The notes under the pieces are model-generated. The model saw only the letters and a program-made list of their open reading frames with translations, made no database searches and was not told the origin of the DNA. A program made the position numbers and the translations under genes. A stretch of DNA of 64,000 nucleotides from contig CAZRVK010000004.1 of the NCBI GenBank assembly GCA_964603585.1, forward strand, positions 64,438 through 128,437, given 5' to 3'. The stretch comes from an uncultured Planctomycetales bacterium. Lineage in GTDB: Bacteria; Omnitrophota; Gorgyraeia; Gygaellales; Profunditerraquicolaceae. Shown one piece after another: positions 51,280 through 59,917 of the stretch (its first letter is position 1; each line of letters begins with the position of its first letter).

Positions 51280-52211
51280 CAATCAGTAAAAAACCCGATA
51301 TCCATGGGAATTTCTTCCGTCCAGCCCGGTTTTATCGAAATGCGCGTTCGGGATTTAAGGAATTTATGAGGGAATTCTTGAATGGCAGATCCGGGAAGGT
51401 ATTGCTTCCTGCATACATTGGATGGTCATCTAACGAAGGTTCTGGAGTATTTGACCCGGTAGCCGAACTTAAATTGGAATATGTTTTTTATAAGGTTACA
51501 GATGAACTGTATATAGATATGGAAGATGTATCCAGGTGTTTAAATAGAAATGATATTGCTTTAGCGGTAATCATTCATTATTTCGGGTATGTAGACCCTG
51601 CGTATGAAATTTTTATATCCGAGGCACGCAAGGCGGGGGTTGCAGTTGTTGAAGATGAAGCACATGCGATGCTTAGTGATTTGGTTGGCGGGGTTTGCGG
51701 CCGGTTGGCAGATGTATGCATATTTTCATTGCATAAATTACTGCCTTTTAGAAACGGAGGAATGCTGGTTTTTAATAATCCTGCGCGGGAGCTTCTAACA
51801 GGGATGCAACGTCAATCGCATGACATCCTATCTTATTTTGAGTATGATTTATTTGAGATTGCCAGAAGGCGAAGAGAAAACACGAATATATTTTTGGAAC
51901 AGCTTAAGGATTTTTCTGATGAAATCGATGTTTTACGTCCGGTTTTAAGAGAGGGAATAGTTCCACAAACACTTCCAGTAATCATGAAAAATGTGCCCAG
52001 GGACAGGCTCTACAATTTAATGAATTCCAAAGGTTACGGGGTGGTAAGTTTGTATCATACTTTGATCAAAGAGATAAAGACCGAAGAATTCCCTGTTTCG
52101 CATCTGCTGTCACGGAAGATCATTAACTTGCCGGTTCATCAGGATATCAACAAAGAACAGATTTGTGGTTTGTTAGATTGTCTTAAATCTTCTATTTATG
52201 ATTTAAGGTGA
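51276..52211 (+). CDS. Divergent DegT/DnrJ/EryC1-like protein (311 aa)
   Basis: VVEDEAHAMLS and CIFSLHKLLPFRNGGML resemble the DegT D-x-A-H and FSFH-K blocks. Confidence 0.35.
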   Translation: MTISKKPDIHGNFFRPARFYRNARSGFKEFMREFLNGRSGKVLLPAYIGWSSNEGSGVFDPVAELKLEYVFYKVTDELYIDMEDVSRCLNRNDIALAVIIHYFGYVDPAYEIFISEARKAGVAVVEDEAHAMLSDLVGGVCGRLADVCIFSLHKLLPFRNGGMLVFNNPARELLTGMQRQSHDILSYFEYDLFEIARRRRENTNIFLEQLKDFSDEIDVLRPVLREGIVPQTLPVIMKNVPRDRLYNLMNSKGYGVVSLYHTLIKEIKTEEFPVSHLLSRKIINLPVHQDINKEQICGLLDCLKSSIYDLR

Positions 52212-53323
52212 TAAAAACCGATAATGTTTTAATGCAAACGAAAATAGTGCAAAATCCTGGTTTTGAGATCTTAGGATCAGCAAATGAGCTGGAAAAGAAG
52301 AAATGGCTGGATATCTGGTTGTCTTGGCCGGAAAAAGATATCTTTGCACATCCTGAATATTTAGGCATATTCGAAACAAGGGATGAGCGGGCTTTCGCCG
52401 CGGTTTATTCTGCAGATAGAGCGACTATCCTGTATCCTTTTTTAAAACGGAGTTTTAATTCTTTATCCTGGATTTCTGATGGTTTTCGGGAGTGCTTCGA
52501 TATAGCTTCTCCGTATGGTTATGGCGGAGCTTATTATTGGGGTGATCCCGCGCTTAAGACCGCAGTTTCGGGTTTTTTCTGGACGGCCTATAATGAATGG
52601 CTAAGAATCAATCAATGTATCAGTGAATTTACAAGGTTTCATCTTTTTGAACAGGATTTAGCAGTTTATCCAGGAGAAAAAGTGTTGCGGGGTAAGAATG
52701 TTGTGCGGTCTCTTTATTTATCTAAAGATGAGATATGGATGGATTTTGAACATAAAGTCCGTAAGAATATAAAAAAGTCGGAAAGATCCGGTTTAAAATG
52801 TTTACTTGATGAGCATGGCAAGTATCTGGAAGAGTTTATAAAAATATATGAAAGTACGATGCACCGGCGTAAGGCGAGAGGATTTTATTTCTTTGACCGG
52901 AGTTTTTTCGAATCTATATCCCGGCGTTTACCCCGGAACAGTATTTTCTTTCATGTCTTGGACGGTAATAAGATTGTTTCTACGGAGTTAGTACTTTTTT
53001 CCAAGAATACAGCTTATTCGTTTTTAGGCGGGACTTTGGAAGACGCTTTTGACAAGCGGCCCAATGAGCTGCTTAAATATACAGTGATCTCCTGGGCAAA
53101 AGATCAAGGGATATCTAATTATGTGTTGGGAGGAGGATATAATCCTGAAGATGGGGTTTACCGCTATAAGCTGTCTTTTGCTCCAGGGGGAGAGTATCCT
53201 TTTTATACCGGTCAGAGGATTATTGATGAAGATAAATTCAATGATGTGATCAGCATAAGAAGACATAGTTCGAAAAAAAAATGGGAACCGGAAAAGGGGT
53301 ATTTTCCGCCATACCGCTCATGA
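52208..53323 (+). CDS. FemAB-like / Acetyltransf_6 (BioF2-like) family protein, possible aminoacyl or acyl transferase acting on the glycan
   Basis: Size and segments (..ILYPFLKRS.., ..KNIKKSERSGLK.., ..LLKYTVISWAKDQGISNYVLGGG..) are typical of FemAB-fold GNAT proteins found in EPS loci. GTG start at 52208 (alternative ATG at 52232). Confidence 0.35.
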   Translation: MIKTDNVLMQTKIVQNPGFEILGSANELEKKKWLDIWLSWPEKDIFAHPEYLGIFETRDERAFAAVYSADRATILYPFLKRSFNSLSWISDGFRECFDIASPYGYGGAYYWGDPALKTAVSGFFWTAYNEWLRINQCISEFTRFHLFEQDLAVYPGEKVLRGKNVVRSLYLSKDEIWMDFEHKVRKNIKKSERSGLKCLLDEHGKYLEEFIKIYESTMHRRKARGFYFFDRSFFESISRRLPRNSIFFHVLDGNKIVSTELVLFSKNTAYSFLGGTLEDAFDKRPNELLKYTVISWAKDQGISNYVLGGGYNPEDGVYRYKLSFAPGGEYPFYTGQRIIDEDKFNDVISIRRHSSKKKWEPEKGYFPPYRS

Positions 53324-53366
53324 TATTTGGCTTTACGGTTTATAACCGAAAATTTATTATTTTAAA

Positions 53367-54518
53367 ATGTTAAAACGGATCTTACTTTCTCCTCCCCATA
53401 TGGGCACAGAGGAAATGAAATTCATCCGGGAGGCGTTTAAAAGCAACTATATTGTTCCTCTTGGTCCGCAAGTAGATGCTTTTGAAAAAGAAGTGGCCGA
53501 ATATATTGGGATACCATATACCTTGGCGCTTTCTAGCGGGACCGCTGCTATTCATTTGGCAATGCGTCTTCTGGGCGTAGGAATAAACGATGAAGTGATT
53601 GCTTCCACTTTGACTTTTATCGGTAGCGTTACGCCGGCGGTTTTTCAAGGAGCTAAACTTACCTTTGTGGATTGTGATCGTGTTTCCTGGAACATTTCCG
53701 CTGACCTTCTTGAAACCGCACTTAAAGATTCCAGAAATTGCGGAAGGACTGTTAAGGCGGTCATCCCAACCGATTTATATGGACAGTGTGCGGATTACAG
53801 AAAGATACTGGCAGTTTCTAAAAAGTACGGTGTTCCGGTGGTGATAGATGCGGCCGAAGCGATGGGGGCACGATATCATAATGTTCATGCTGGTGTCGGG
53901 GGAGATGCCGCGGTATTTTCGTTCAACGGGAACAAGATCATTACTACCTCTGGGGGAGGGATACTCGCTTCAAAGGATAAAGATTTCATTGAACATGCAC
54001 GTAAACTTTCTCAACAAGCACGCGAAGCATTCCCTTACTATGAACATTCAGAAATAGGATATAACTATCGATTAAGTAATATTTTAGCCGCGATTGGTCG
54101 CGGACAACTAAGGGTACTAAATAGACGGTTAAAGAGAAAAAAAGAAATTTTCGATTATTATAAAAAGTCGCTGTCGGGCTTGCCTGGGATCGAGTTCATT
54201 CCCGAATCACCTTATGGTGAATCTAATCATTGGTTAACAGTTATCCTGATTACCAAAGAAAGTTTTGGGGTTGATCGGGAAACACTGCGACTGGCCTTGG
54301 AAAAGGCAAATGTGGAATCACGCCCGGTTTGGAAACCGATGCATCTGCAACCAGTGTTTCAGGGAAAAAGCCGGGTGTTTGGCGGCGAAGTGGCAGAAGA
54401 CCTGTTTTGCAGGGGTTTATGCCTGCCTTCGGGAACCGCATTGACGAATGCCGATCTAAACCGCATAATCGACATAATCGTGCAATGTCACCGGCATCAT
54501 CGAGAATGCAGTTATTAG
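53367..54518 (+). CDS. DegT/DnrJ/EryC1/StrS-family sugar aminotransferase (PglE/PseC/WbpE-like)
   Basis: PPHMGTEEMKFIREAF, ALSSGTAAIHLAM, DAAEAMG, FSFNGNKIITTSGGG (PLP Lys). Confidence 0.85.
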   Translation: MLKRILLSPPHMGTEEMKFIREAFKSNYIVPLGPQVDAFEKEVAEYIGIPYTLALSSGTAAIHLAMRLLGVGINDEVIASTLTFIGSVTPAVFQGAKLTFVDCDRVSWNISADLLETALKDSRNCGRTVKAVIPTDLYGQCADYRKILAVSKKYGVPVVIDAAEAMGARYHNVHAGVGGDAAVFSFNGNKIITTSGGGILASKDKDFIEHARKLSQQAREAFPYYEHSEIGYNYRLSNILAAIGRGQLRVLNRRLKRKKEIFDYYKKSLSGLPGIEFIPESPYGESNHWLTVILITKESFGVDRETLRLALEKANVESRPVWKPMHLQPVFQGKSRVFGGEVAEDLFCRGLCLPSGTALTNADLNRIIDIIVQCHRHHRECSY

Positions 54519-54528
54519 AGTAAGCGCT

Positions 54529-56364
54529 ATGAAAACAGTCTACAAAATGCTTGTTTTAAAATATCGCCGTGTTTTGATTATTTTAACTAATTTATGTTTG
54601 GTTTCATTTTCCTATTATGTCAGTTTTTTGCTGCGCTTCGATTCTAATCTTCCGAACGATTATTTTAAGATCTTTCTTAAAACCCTGCCTTTATTGATTA
54701 TCGTTAAAATCGTAGTTTTTTATTATTTTGGTTTATTCCGCGGTCTTTGGAGATATGTAAGTATATATGATCTGTGGCAGATAATAAAGGCCAATTTACT
54801 CGCCACAAGTGTTTTTATTCTTATCAATGTTTTTTCTTACGGGACACATATCGTCCCACGGTTTATAATCCTGAATGATTTCATTATCTGCACATCTTTC
54901 ATAGGCGGAATACGTTTCTTAACCCGACTGATACGAGAGCGATATAACCGTCCTCTTATTCAAAACGAACAGATTAATGTCCTTATTGTGGGTGCCGGTG
55001 AAGCCGGAATATTACTTTTAAAAGAATACCGTAATAATCCTGCTTTGGGGGAAGTAGTGGGTTTTATCGATGATGATAAAGTAAAATATAATGAATCCAT
55101 TAATGGTGTAAAGATCTTAGGGGATAGGAAATCGATTTCAAAGGTTGCCAGGGATTATAATGTCAAGGAAATCATCTTAGCAATTCCTTCGGCAAACGGG
55201 ATCATCATCAGGGATTTGATTACATATTGCCAGGTCCCTAATGTCAAGTTAAAGATAATCCCGGGAATGTCTAAGATCTTGAGCGGAGAACTCGAAATAG
55301 GCTTGAGAGAAGTAAGACCAGAGGATCTTTTAGGCAGGGAAACGGTTAATATTAACGAAAGTGAAATAGGCGGGTATTTGAAGGAAAAGGTGATTTTAGT
55401 TACTGGCGCCGCTGGTTCTATTGGTTCCGAATTATGCCGTCAGATCGCAATATTTTCTCCAAAAGCGATCATTTTGATCGATCATAATGAAAATAACCTC
55501 TATTTTTTGAATATAGAACTTAGAGCCAGATTTAAGAGATTGCAGATAAGATTGGTCATTGGTGATATTAATGATATAGGTTTATTAAAAGAGGTTTTTT
55601 CCACCTATAGACCACAGGTAGTTTTCCATGCGGCGGCATATAAACATGTTCCTCTTATGGAGGAAAACCCGATTGCCGCCTTCAAAAATAACGTTTTAGG
55701 AAGTAGATCCTTGATTTATGCCTCGCATCACTATAATGTAGAGAAGTTTGTTTTAATTTCGACTGATAAAGCAGTTAACCCGATCAATATCATGGGAATA
55801 AGTAAAAGATTTGCTGAAATGTTTCTACAGGCAAAGTCAAAGCGAAGCAGAACCAAATTTATGGCTGTTCGTTTCGGCAATGTTTTAGGGTCTGATGGCA
55901 GTGTTGTCCCATTATTTAAAAAACAGATCGATGCCGGCGGGCCGATAACTATAACTCATCCGGAGACAACCCGCTATTTTATGAGTATAAAAGAAGCTGT
56001 TTTGTTGGTCCTTCAAGCCGGTGCGATCGGAAACGGGGGAGAAATATTCATTTTGGATATGGGGGAGCAAATAAAAATAGTGGATTTAGCCAGGAATTTA
56101 GTAACATTATCCGGGTTGGAGTTAGGCAAGGATATTATGGTAGAATATATAGGCTTACGCCCTGGAGAGAAAATCCGAGAGGAGTTATTGCTGGATAAAG
56201 ATAGAGATAAAATCACGAAACATGATAAGATTTATATCAGCAAAGCGGATGATTTTGATCTGCAAATGCTAAGGCAGCAAATTAAAGAACTTAAGAAAAT
56301 AGCTTCCCTAAAAGATGCCCCGGCCATTGTCCAAAAAATGAAGGAGATTATTGCCCCAAAATGA
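54529..56364 (+). CDS. Membrane-anchored UDP-N-acetylhexosamine 4,6-dehydratase (PglF/CapD/WbpM family)
   Basis: Four N-terminal TM helices, then VILVTGAAGSIGSELCRQ, VFHAAAYKHVPLME, GTTRYFMSIKEAVLLVLQA. Confidence 0.85.
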   Translation: MKTVYKMLVLKYRRVLIILTNLCLVSFSYYVSFLLRFDSNLPNDYFKIFLKTLPLLIIVKIVVFYYFGLFRGLWRYVSIYDLWQIIKANLLATSVFILINVFSYGTHIVPRFIILNDFIICTSFIGGIRFLTRLIRERYNRPLIQNEQINVLIVGAGEAGILLLKEYRNNPALGEVVGFIDDDKVKYNESINGVKILGDRKSISKVARDYNVKEIILAIPSANGIIIRDLITYCQVPNVKLKIIPGMSKILSGELEIGLREVRPEDLLGRETVNINESEIGGYLKEKVILVTGAAGSIGSELCRQIAIFSPKAIILIDHNENNLYFLNIELRARFKRLQIRLVIGDINDIGLLKEVFSTYRPQVVFHAAAYKHVPLMEENPIAAFKNNVLGSRSLIYASHHYNVEKFVLISTDKAVNPINIMGISKRFAEMFLQAKSKRSRTKFMAVRFGNVLGSDGSVVPLFKKQIDAGGPITITHPETTRYFMSIKEAVLLVLQAGAIGNGGEIFILDMGEQIKIVDLARNLVTLSGLELGKDIMVEYIGLRPGEKIREELLLDKDRDKITKHDKIYISKADDFDLQMLRQQIKELKKIASLKDAPAIVQKMKEIIAPK

Positions 56365-57599
56365 TATCCGGGATAACTAAAGCTCTTAATTTCCTGCTAT
56401 TGCTTGATTTTTCTTTTTTCCTTGTGATTGCCCCGTATTCCAAGATAGCCGTTAAAATTGTTTTATATGTCGCATTGTTCCTTGGAACGCTGCTAATTAT
56501 AATGAATTCTTACGGGGTTTTTTACAAAAAGGATACGATTTGCAGGGAATTCTTTAGAGGCTTTATCCCCAGGAACCCTGTAAGCAAGGCTACCTTGTTC
56601 TTTTTGTCCATTGCCTTGGTTGCGGCAGGGACAAGCATTAATTTTCTGCACAGTCAGCGTATTTTTTTCGAACGTTATCTCCCATATTTGCTGTTTTTTG
56701 CCTTTGGGGTTTATTCGGCTAAATCCCGGAATGTCCCTTTTATACTGACGGTTATCTTCTTTATTAATATCATTGTTTTCAGCCTGGGGATATCGATCGA
56801 TCATTTGAAATCGCCAGATATTCGGATTTCTACTTCCTTTGGCCGTTCATTGAATTTATCAAATTACTTGATCCTGGCGGCTCCTTTCAGCTCAATAGTT
56901 TTTGTTTTTACAAAGAGCCGTATTTTGCGGATCTGTGGGTTTTTTACTGCTTTTTTATCTTCGATCTCTTTAATCTGGATTGAATCCAGAGCTGGGTGGT
57001 TAGCTGTACCGATCGCAACTTTGCTTGTTTGTTTCCGCCGTAATATCAAAGCCGGTTTCCTTCTTACGGTGATCCTGGTTGTTGCCGCTAATTTCCTCGG
57101 ACCGGTATATAAAATCCGTGCATTAACAACCTTTGATGTTTCCAGTTGGAGCCGAATTGAGTTATATGAGACAGCGTTGCGAATATTTAAAAGTTACCCT
57201 GTATTAGGTTCTGGTCCAGGGATGTATGAGAAACTTGTAAATAGTGTAGAATTTCGGCCGATTAATGGATATTTGGGGCAGGTGGTTCATCCCCATGCCC
57301 ATAATACTTATTTAGAAATTCTTTCGGAAATGGGGATTGTGGGCTTAATTGGTTTTTCGAGTATTTTTATTGCTTTCTTTAGTTTTTTGTTCAAATCTAA
57401 GAAAATTTGGGATGAAACAGTGGGTGAACAAAGCGTTTTACTGATTGGGATATCCGGATCAATTTTGGCAACGTTGATCTTTGCTTTGGCGTCGACGATT
57501 ATCACAGTGGGAATGCAGGATGCCCCAGTTTTTTGGTTCCTGTTTGGGATTGCCAGCGGGTTATTGCCACCGTTTTTTATTGATAAGCGTTCCGTTTAG
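56361..57599 (+). CDS. Wzy_C-domain protein: O-antigen ligase (WaaL) family, which also includes PglL-type O-oligosaccharyltransferases
   Basis: Multi-TM with the Wzy_C signature loop HPHAHNTYLEILSEMGIVGLIGF. Confidence 0.6.
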   Translation: MISGITKALNFLLLLDFSFFLVIAPYSKIAVKIVLYVALFLGTLLIIMNSYGVFYKKDTICREFFRGFIPRNPVSKATLFFLSIALVAAGTSINFLHSQRIFFERYLPYLLFFAFGVYSAKSRNVPFILTVIFFINIIVFSLGISIDHLKSPDIRISTSFGRSLNLSNYLILAAPFSSIVFVFTKSRILRICGFFTAFLSSISLIWIESRAGWLAVPIATLLVCFRRNIKAGFLLTVILVVAANFLGPVYKIRALTTFDVSSWSRIELYETALRIFKSYPVLGSGPGMYEKLVNSVEFRPINGYLGQVVHPHAHNTYLEILSEMGIVGLIGFSSIFIAFFSFLFKSKKIWDETVGEQSVLLIGISGSILATLIFALASTIITVGMQDAPVFWFLFGIASGLLPPFFIDKRSV

Positions 57600-57629
57600 G
57601 TATTCGGTTCATTTCTTTGGGGATATTAA

Positions 57630-59906
57630 ATGATAAGGGAAATAATGCAATCGAATAAAAGGCGGCTTGAGCCGCCTTTTTTGCTCGTTGCCGGGATTAC
57701 CGGCTTTGCTGGTGTCGTGGCCCAGGTTTTGCTTTTACGTGAGATGTTAGTCAGTTTCTTAGGCAATGAATTTATCTGGAGCTTGATCTTGGCAAATTGG
57801 GTGATCTTAGAAGCCGCAGGGGTTTTTATCTTTGGAAAGATCATCGATGACAGGCGAAATTACGCCAATTTGTTCATTACCTTGCAAATGATGTTTTCAC
57901 TATTCTTGCTGTTTTCCATTTTCCTTACCCGATCATTTAAGAGTGTTTTGGGATTCGGTTTTGGTGAAAATATCGGGCTACTCCTTGTTTTCCTTTCATC
58001 ATTACTGCTGATTTTTCCGGTTAGTTTTTGCCATGGAGCTTTGTTTAGTTTGCTCTGTAAAATGGCGGATAACGTCGAGAAAGTTTATGCCTGGGAAATT
58101 ATCGGAAGCGCATGCTCCGGCATCCTAGTTACCTTTCTTTTTGTCCCGTATTTTTCCTGCTTTGAGATCGCTTTTGGGGTAGCATTCATAAATTTTGCTT
58201 TATGTTTTTTCTTTTTTTTTCAGGTTAGAAGTTTCTTGAAATACGTGTTCCTGTTTTCTTTGTTTTTCTTGATCGTGTTTTCTTCTTTTGGAGGGACCAA
58301 GATCTTGGAGGATGTTTCTTTAGAACAACGCTGGGGCAGCCAACAAGTCCTGGAATCTCAAAGCTCCGTTTACGGGGACATTACAGTTACTACCCGGAAC
58401 AAGCAATTAACTGTTTTTTATAATGGGACACCGAGTATTTTATCACCATATCCGGATATGGCTTTTATCCAGGATTTTGTGCATCTGCCACTGCTTTTTC
58501 AGGTTAATCCAAAACGGCTGCTTGTATTAGGTTCAGGAGCAGGGGGGGTGATCCATGAAGCCTTAAAGCATCCTTTACAGCGAATTGATTATGCGGAACT
58601 TGACCCTTTAATCCTGAAAGTCCTCAAGAAGCATGCGTCTGCGCTGATTAACAAGGAATTAAATGATCCGAGGGTTAAAATCAGCAATATTGATGGGCAT
58701 AGATTTTTAAGAAAGACTAACGATGAATATGACGTGATTTTGATCGGTTTGTCCAGACCTGCAGACCTTTCCTCAAATCGTTTCTTCACCCAGGATTTCT
58801 TTGTAATAGCAAAGCGGCATCTTTCGAAAAATGGAATTTTAGCTTTTACTCTGCCGGGATCGCCAACTTATATTGGCACGGATCTAAGAGACCTTAATGC
58901 CTGTATTTTGGCAGGACTTAGGAATGTGTTTGCCTTTATCAAGGTTATTCCTGGGGGATACAATTTGTTTTTAGCTTCGGATCATCGCGGGATCATGGAA
59001 CTCACGCCGGATTCGATATTACACCGGCTTGAGCAGCGGGAAGTCCGTACTGATATCATAAGCTTGAATTACTTGAAACATCGTCTGGATAGTGAAAAAC
59101 AATTATGGTTTTTGAAGTCCCTCAAGGATCATACGAAAAAAATAAATAGGGATTTCGAGCCTTTCGCGGTTTTTATAAACGTTTTGATTTGGAATAGGAA
59201 GATGGGCGGTATGTTGGTGGAAGTTCTGGAGATAGCTAAAACCATAAAACCCGGTATAATCGCTTGGTTCTTAATTCTGCTTACTACAGGGTTTATTTTG
59301 GGGTGGCGTAAGAAACCAGATAGATTGAGATTAGGTATCGTTTATTGTATTTTTACCACGGGATTTTTCGGGATGCTGACAAATATAGTCTTGATATTTG
59401 TTTTTCAGGTTTTTTACGGAGTTATTTATTCCCATATCGGACTGCTTATCAGCAGCTTTATGGCAGGCGTTGCCATGGGAAGTTTTTGGATCAATCGTTT
59501 TGCCAACGCTTATAAGAATGATATGCGTCTATTCATCAGTCTTGAATACGGGGTAGTGATATCTATTTCAATTTTGACTTTCGTCTTGTTTCAGGCAGAT
59601 AAATCGCTGATTGGTTCATTTTGGTTTATTATTCCGGCTATTTTTATCCCAGGGGTACTGGTTGGCACGGAGTTTGCTTTATCCAGCCGAATATTCTTGC
59701 AAAACAACCAAAGAATTGGCCAGACGGTCGGATTGCTTTATAGCGCGGATCTATCTGGTACTTGGCTGGCTGGGATTATCGGGGGAGTGATTTTTCTGCC
59801 GGTTTTGGGTTTTTTTTATACATGTTTGTTAACAGTTATGTTAAAATTAAGCAGCTTGTTGATCTTGATTATTTTTAAATATAGGGGAGCAGTTGCACAA
59901 CAATAA
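57630..59906 (+). CDS. Polytopic membrane protein fused to a spermidine-synthase-like (aminopropyltransferase fold) domain
   Basis: N-terminal ~7 TM, central RLLVLGSGAGGVIHEALKHPLQRIDYAELDP...YDVILIGLSRPADLSSNRFFTQDFF (spermidine synthase-like SAM-fold), and C-terminal ~6 TM. Confidence 0.55.
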   Translation: MIREIMQSNKRRLEPPFLLVAGITGFAGVVAQVLLLREMLVSFLGNEFIWSLILANWVILEAAGVFIFGKIIDDRRNYANLFITLQMMFSLFLLFSIFLTRSFKSVLGFGFGENIGLLLVFLSSLLLIFPVSFCHGALFSLLCKMADNVEKVYAWEIIGSACSGILVTFLFVPYFSCFEIAFGVAFINFALCFFFFFQVRSFLKYVFLFSLFFLIVFSSFGGTKILEDVSLEQRWGSQQVLESQSSVYGDITVTTRNKQLTVFYNGTPSILSPYPDMAFIQDFVHLPLLFQVNPKRLLVLGSGAGGVIHEALKHPLQRIDYAELDPLILKVLKKHASALINKELNDPRVKISNIDGHRFLRKTNDEYDVILIGLSRPADLSSNRFFTQDFFVIAKRHLSKNGILAFTLPGSPTYIGTDLRDLNACILAGLRNVFAFIKVIPGGYNLFLASDHRGIMELTPDSILHRLEQREVRTDIISLNYLKHRLDSEKQLWFLKSLKDHTKKINRDFEPFAVFINVLIWNRKMGGMLVEVLEIAKTIKPGIIAWFLILLTTGFILGWRKKPDRLRLGIVYCIFTTGFFGMLTNIVLIFVFQVFYGVIYSHIGLLISSFMAGVAMGSFWINRFANAYKNDMRLFISLEYGVVISISILTFVLFQADKSLIGSFWFIIPAIFIPGVLVGTEFALSSRIFLQNNQRIGQTVGLLYSADLSGTWLAGIIGGVIFLPVLGFFYTCLLTVMLKLSSLLILIIFKYRGAVAQQ

Positions 59907-59917
59907 ACAGGTGAAAG

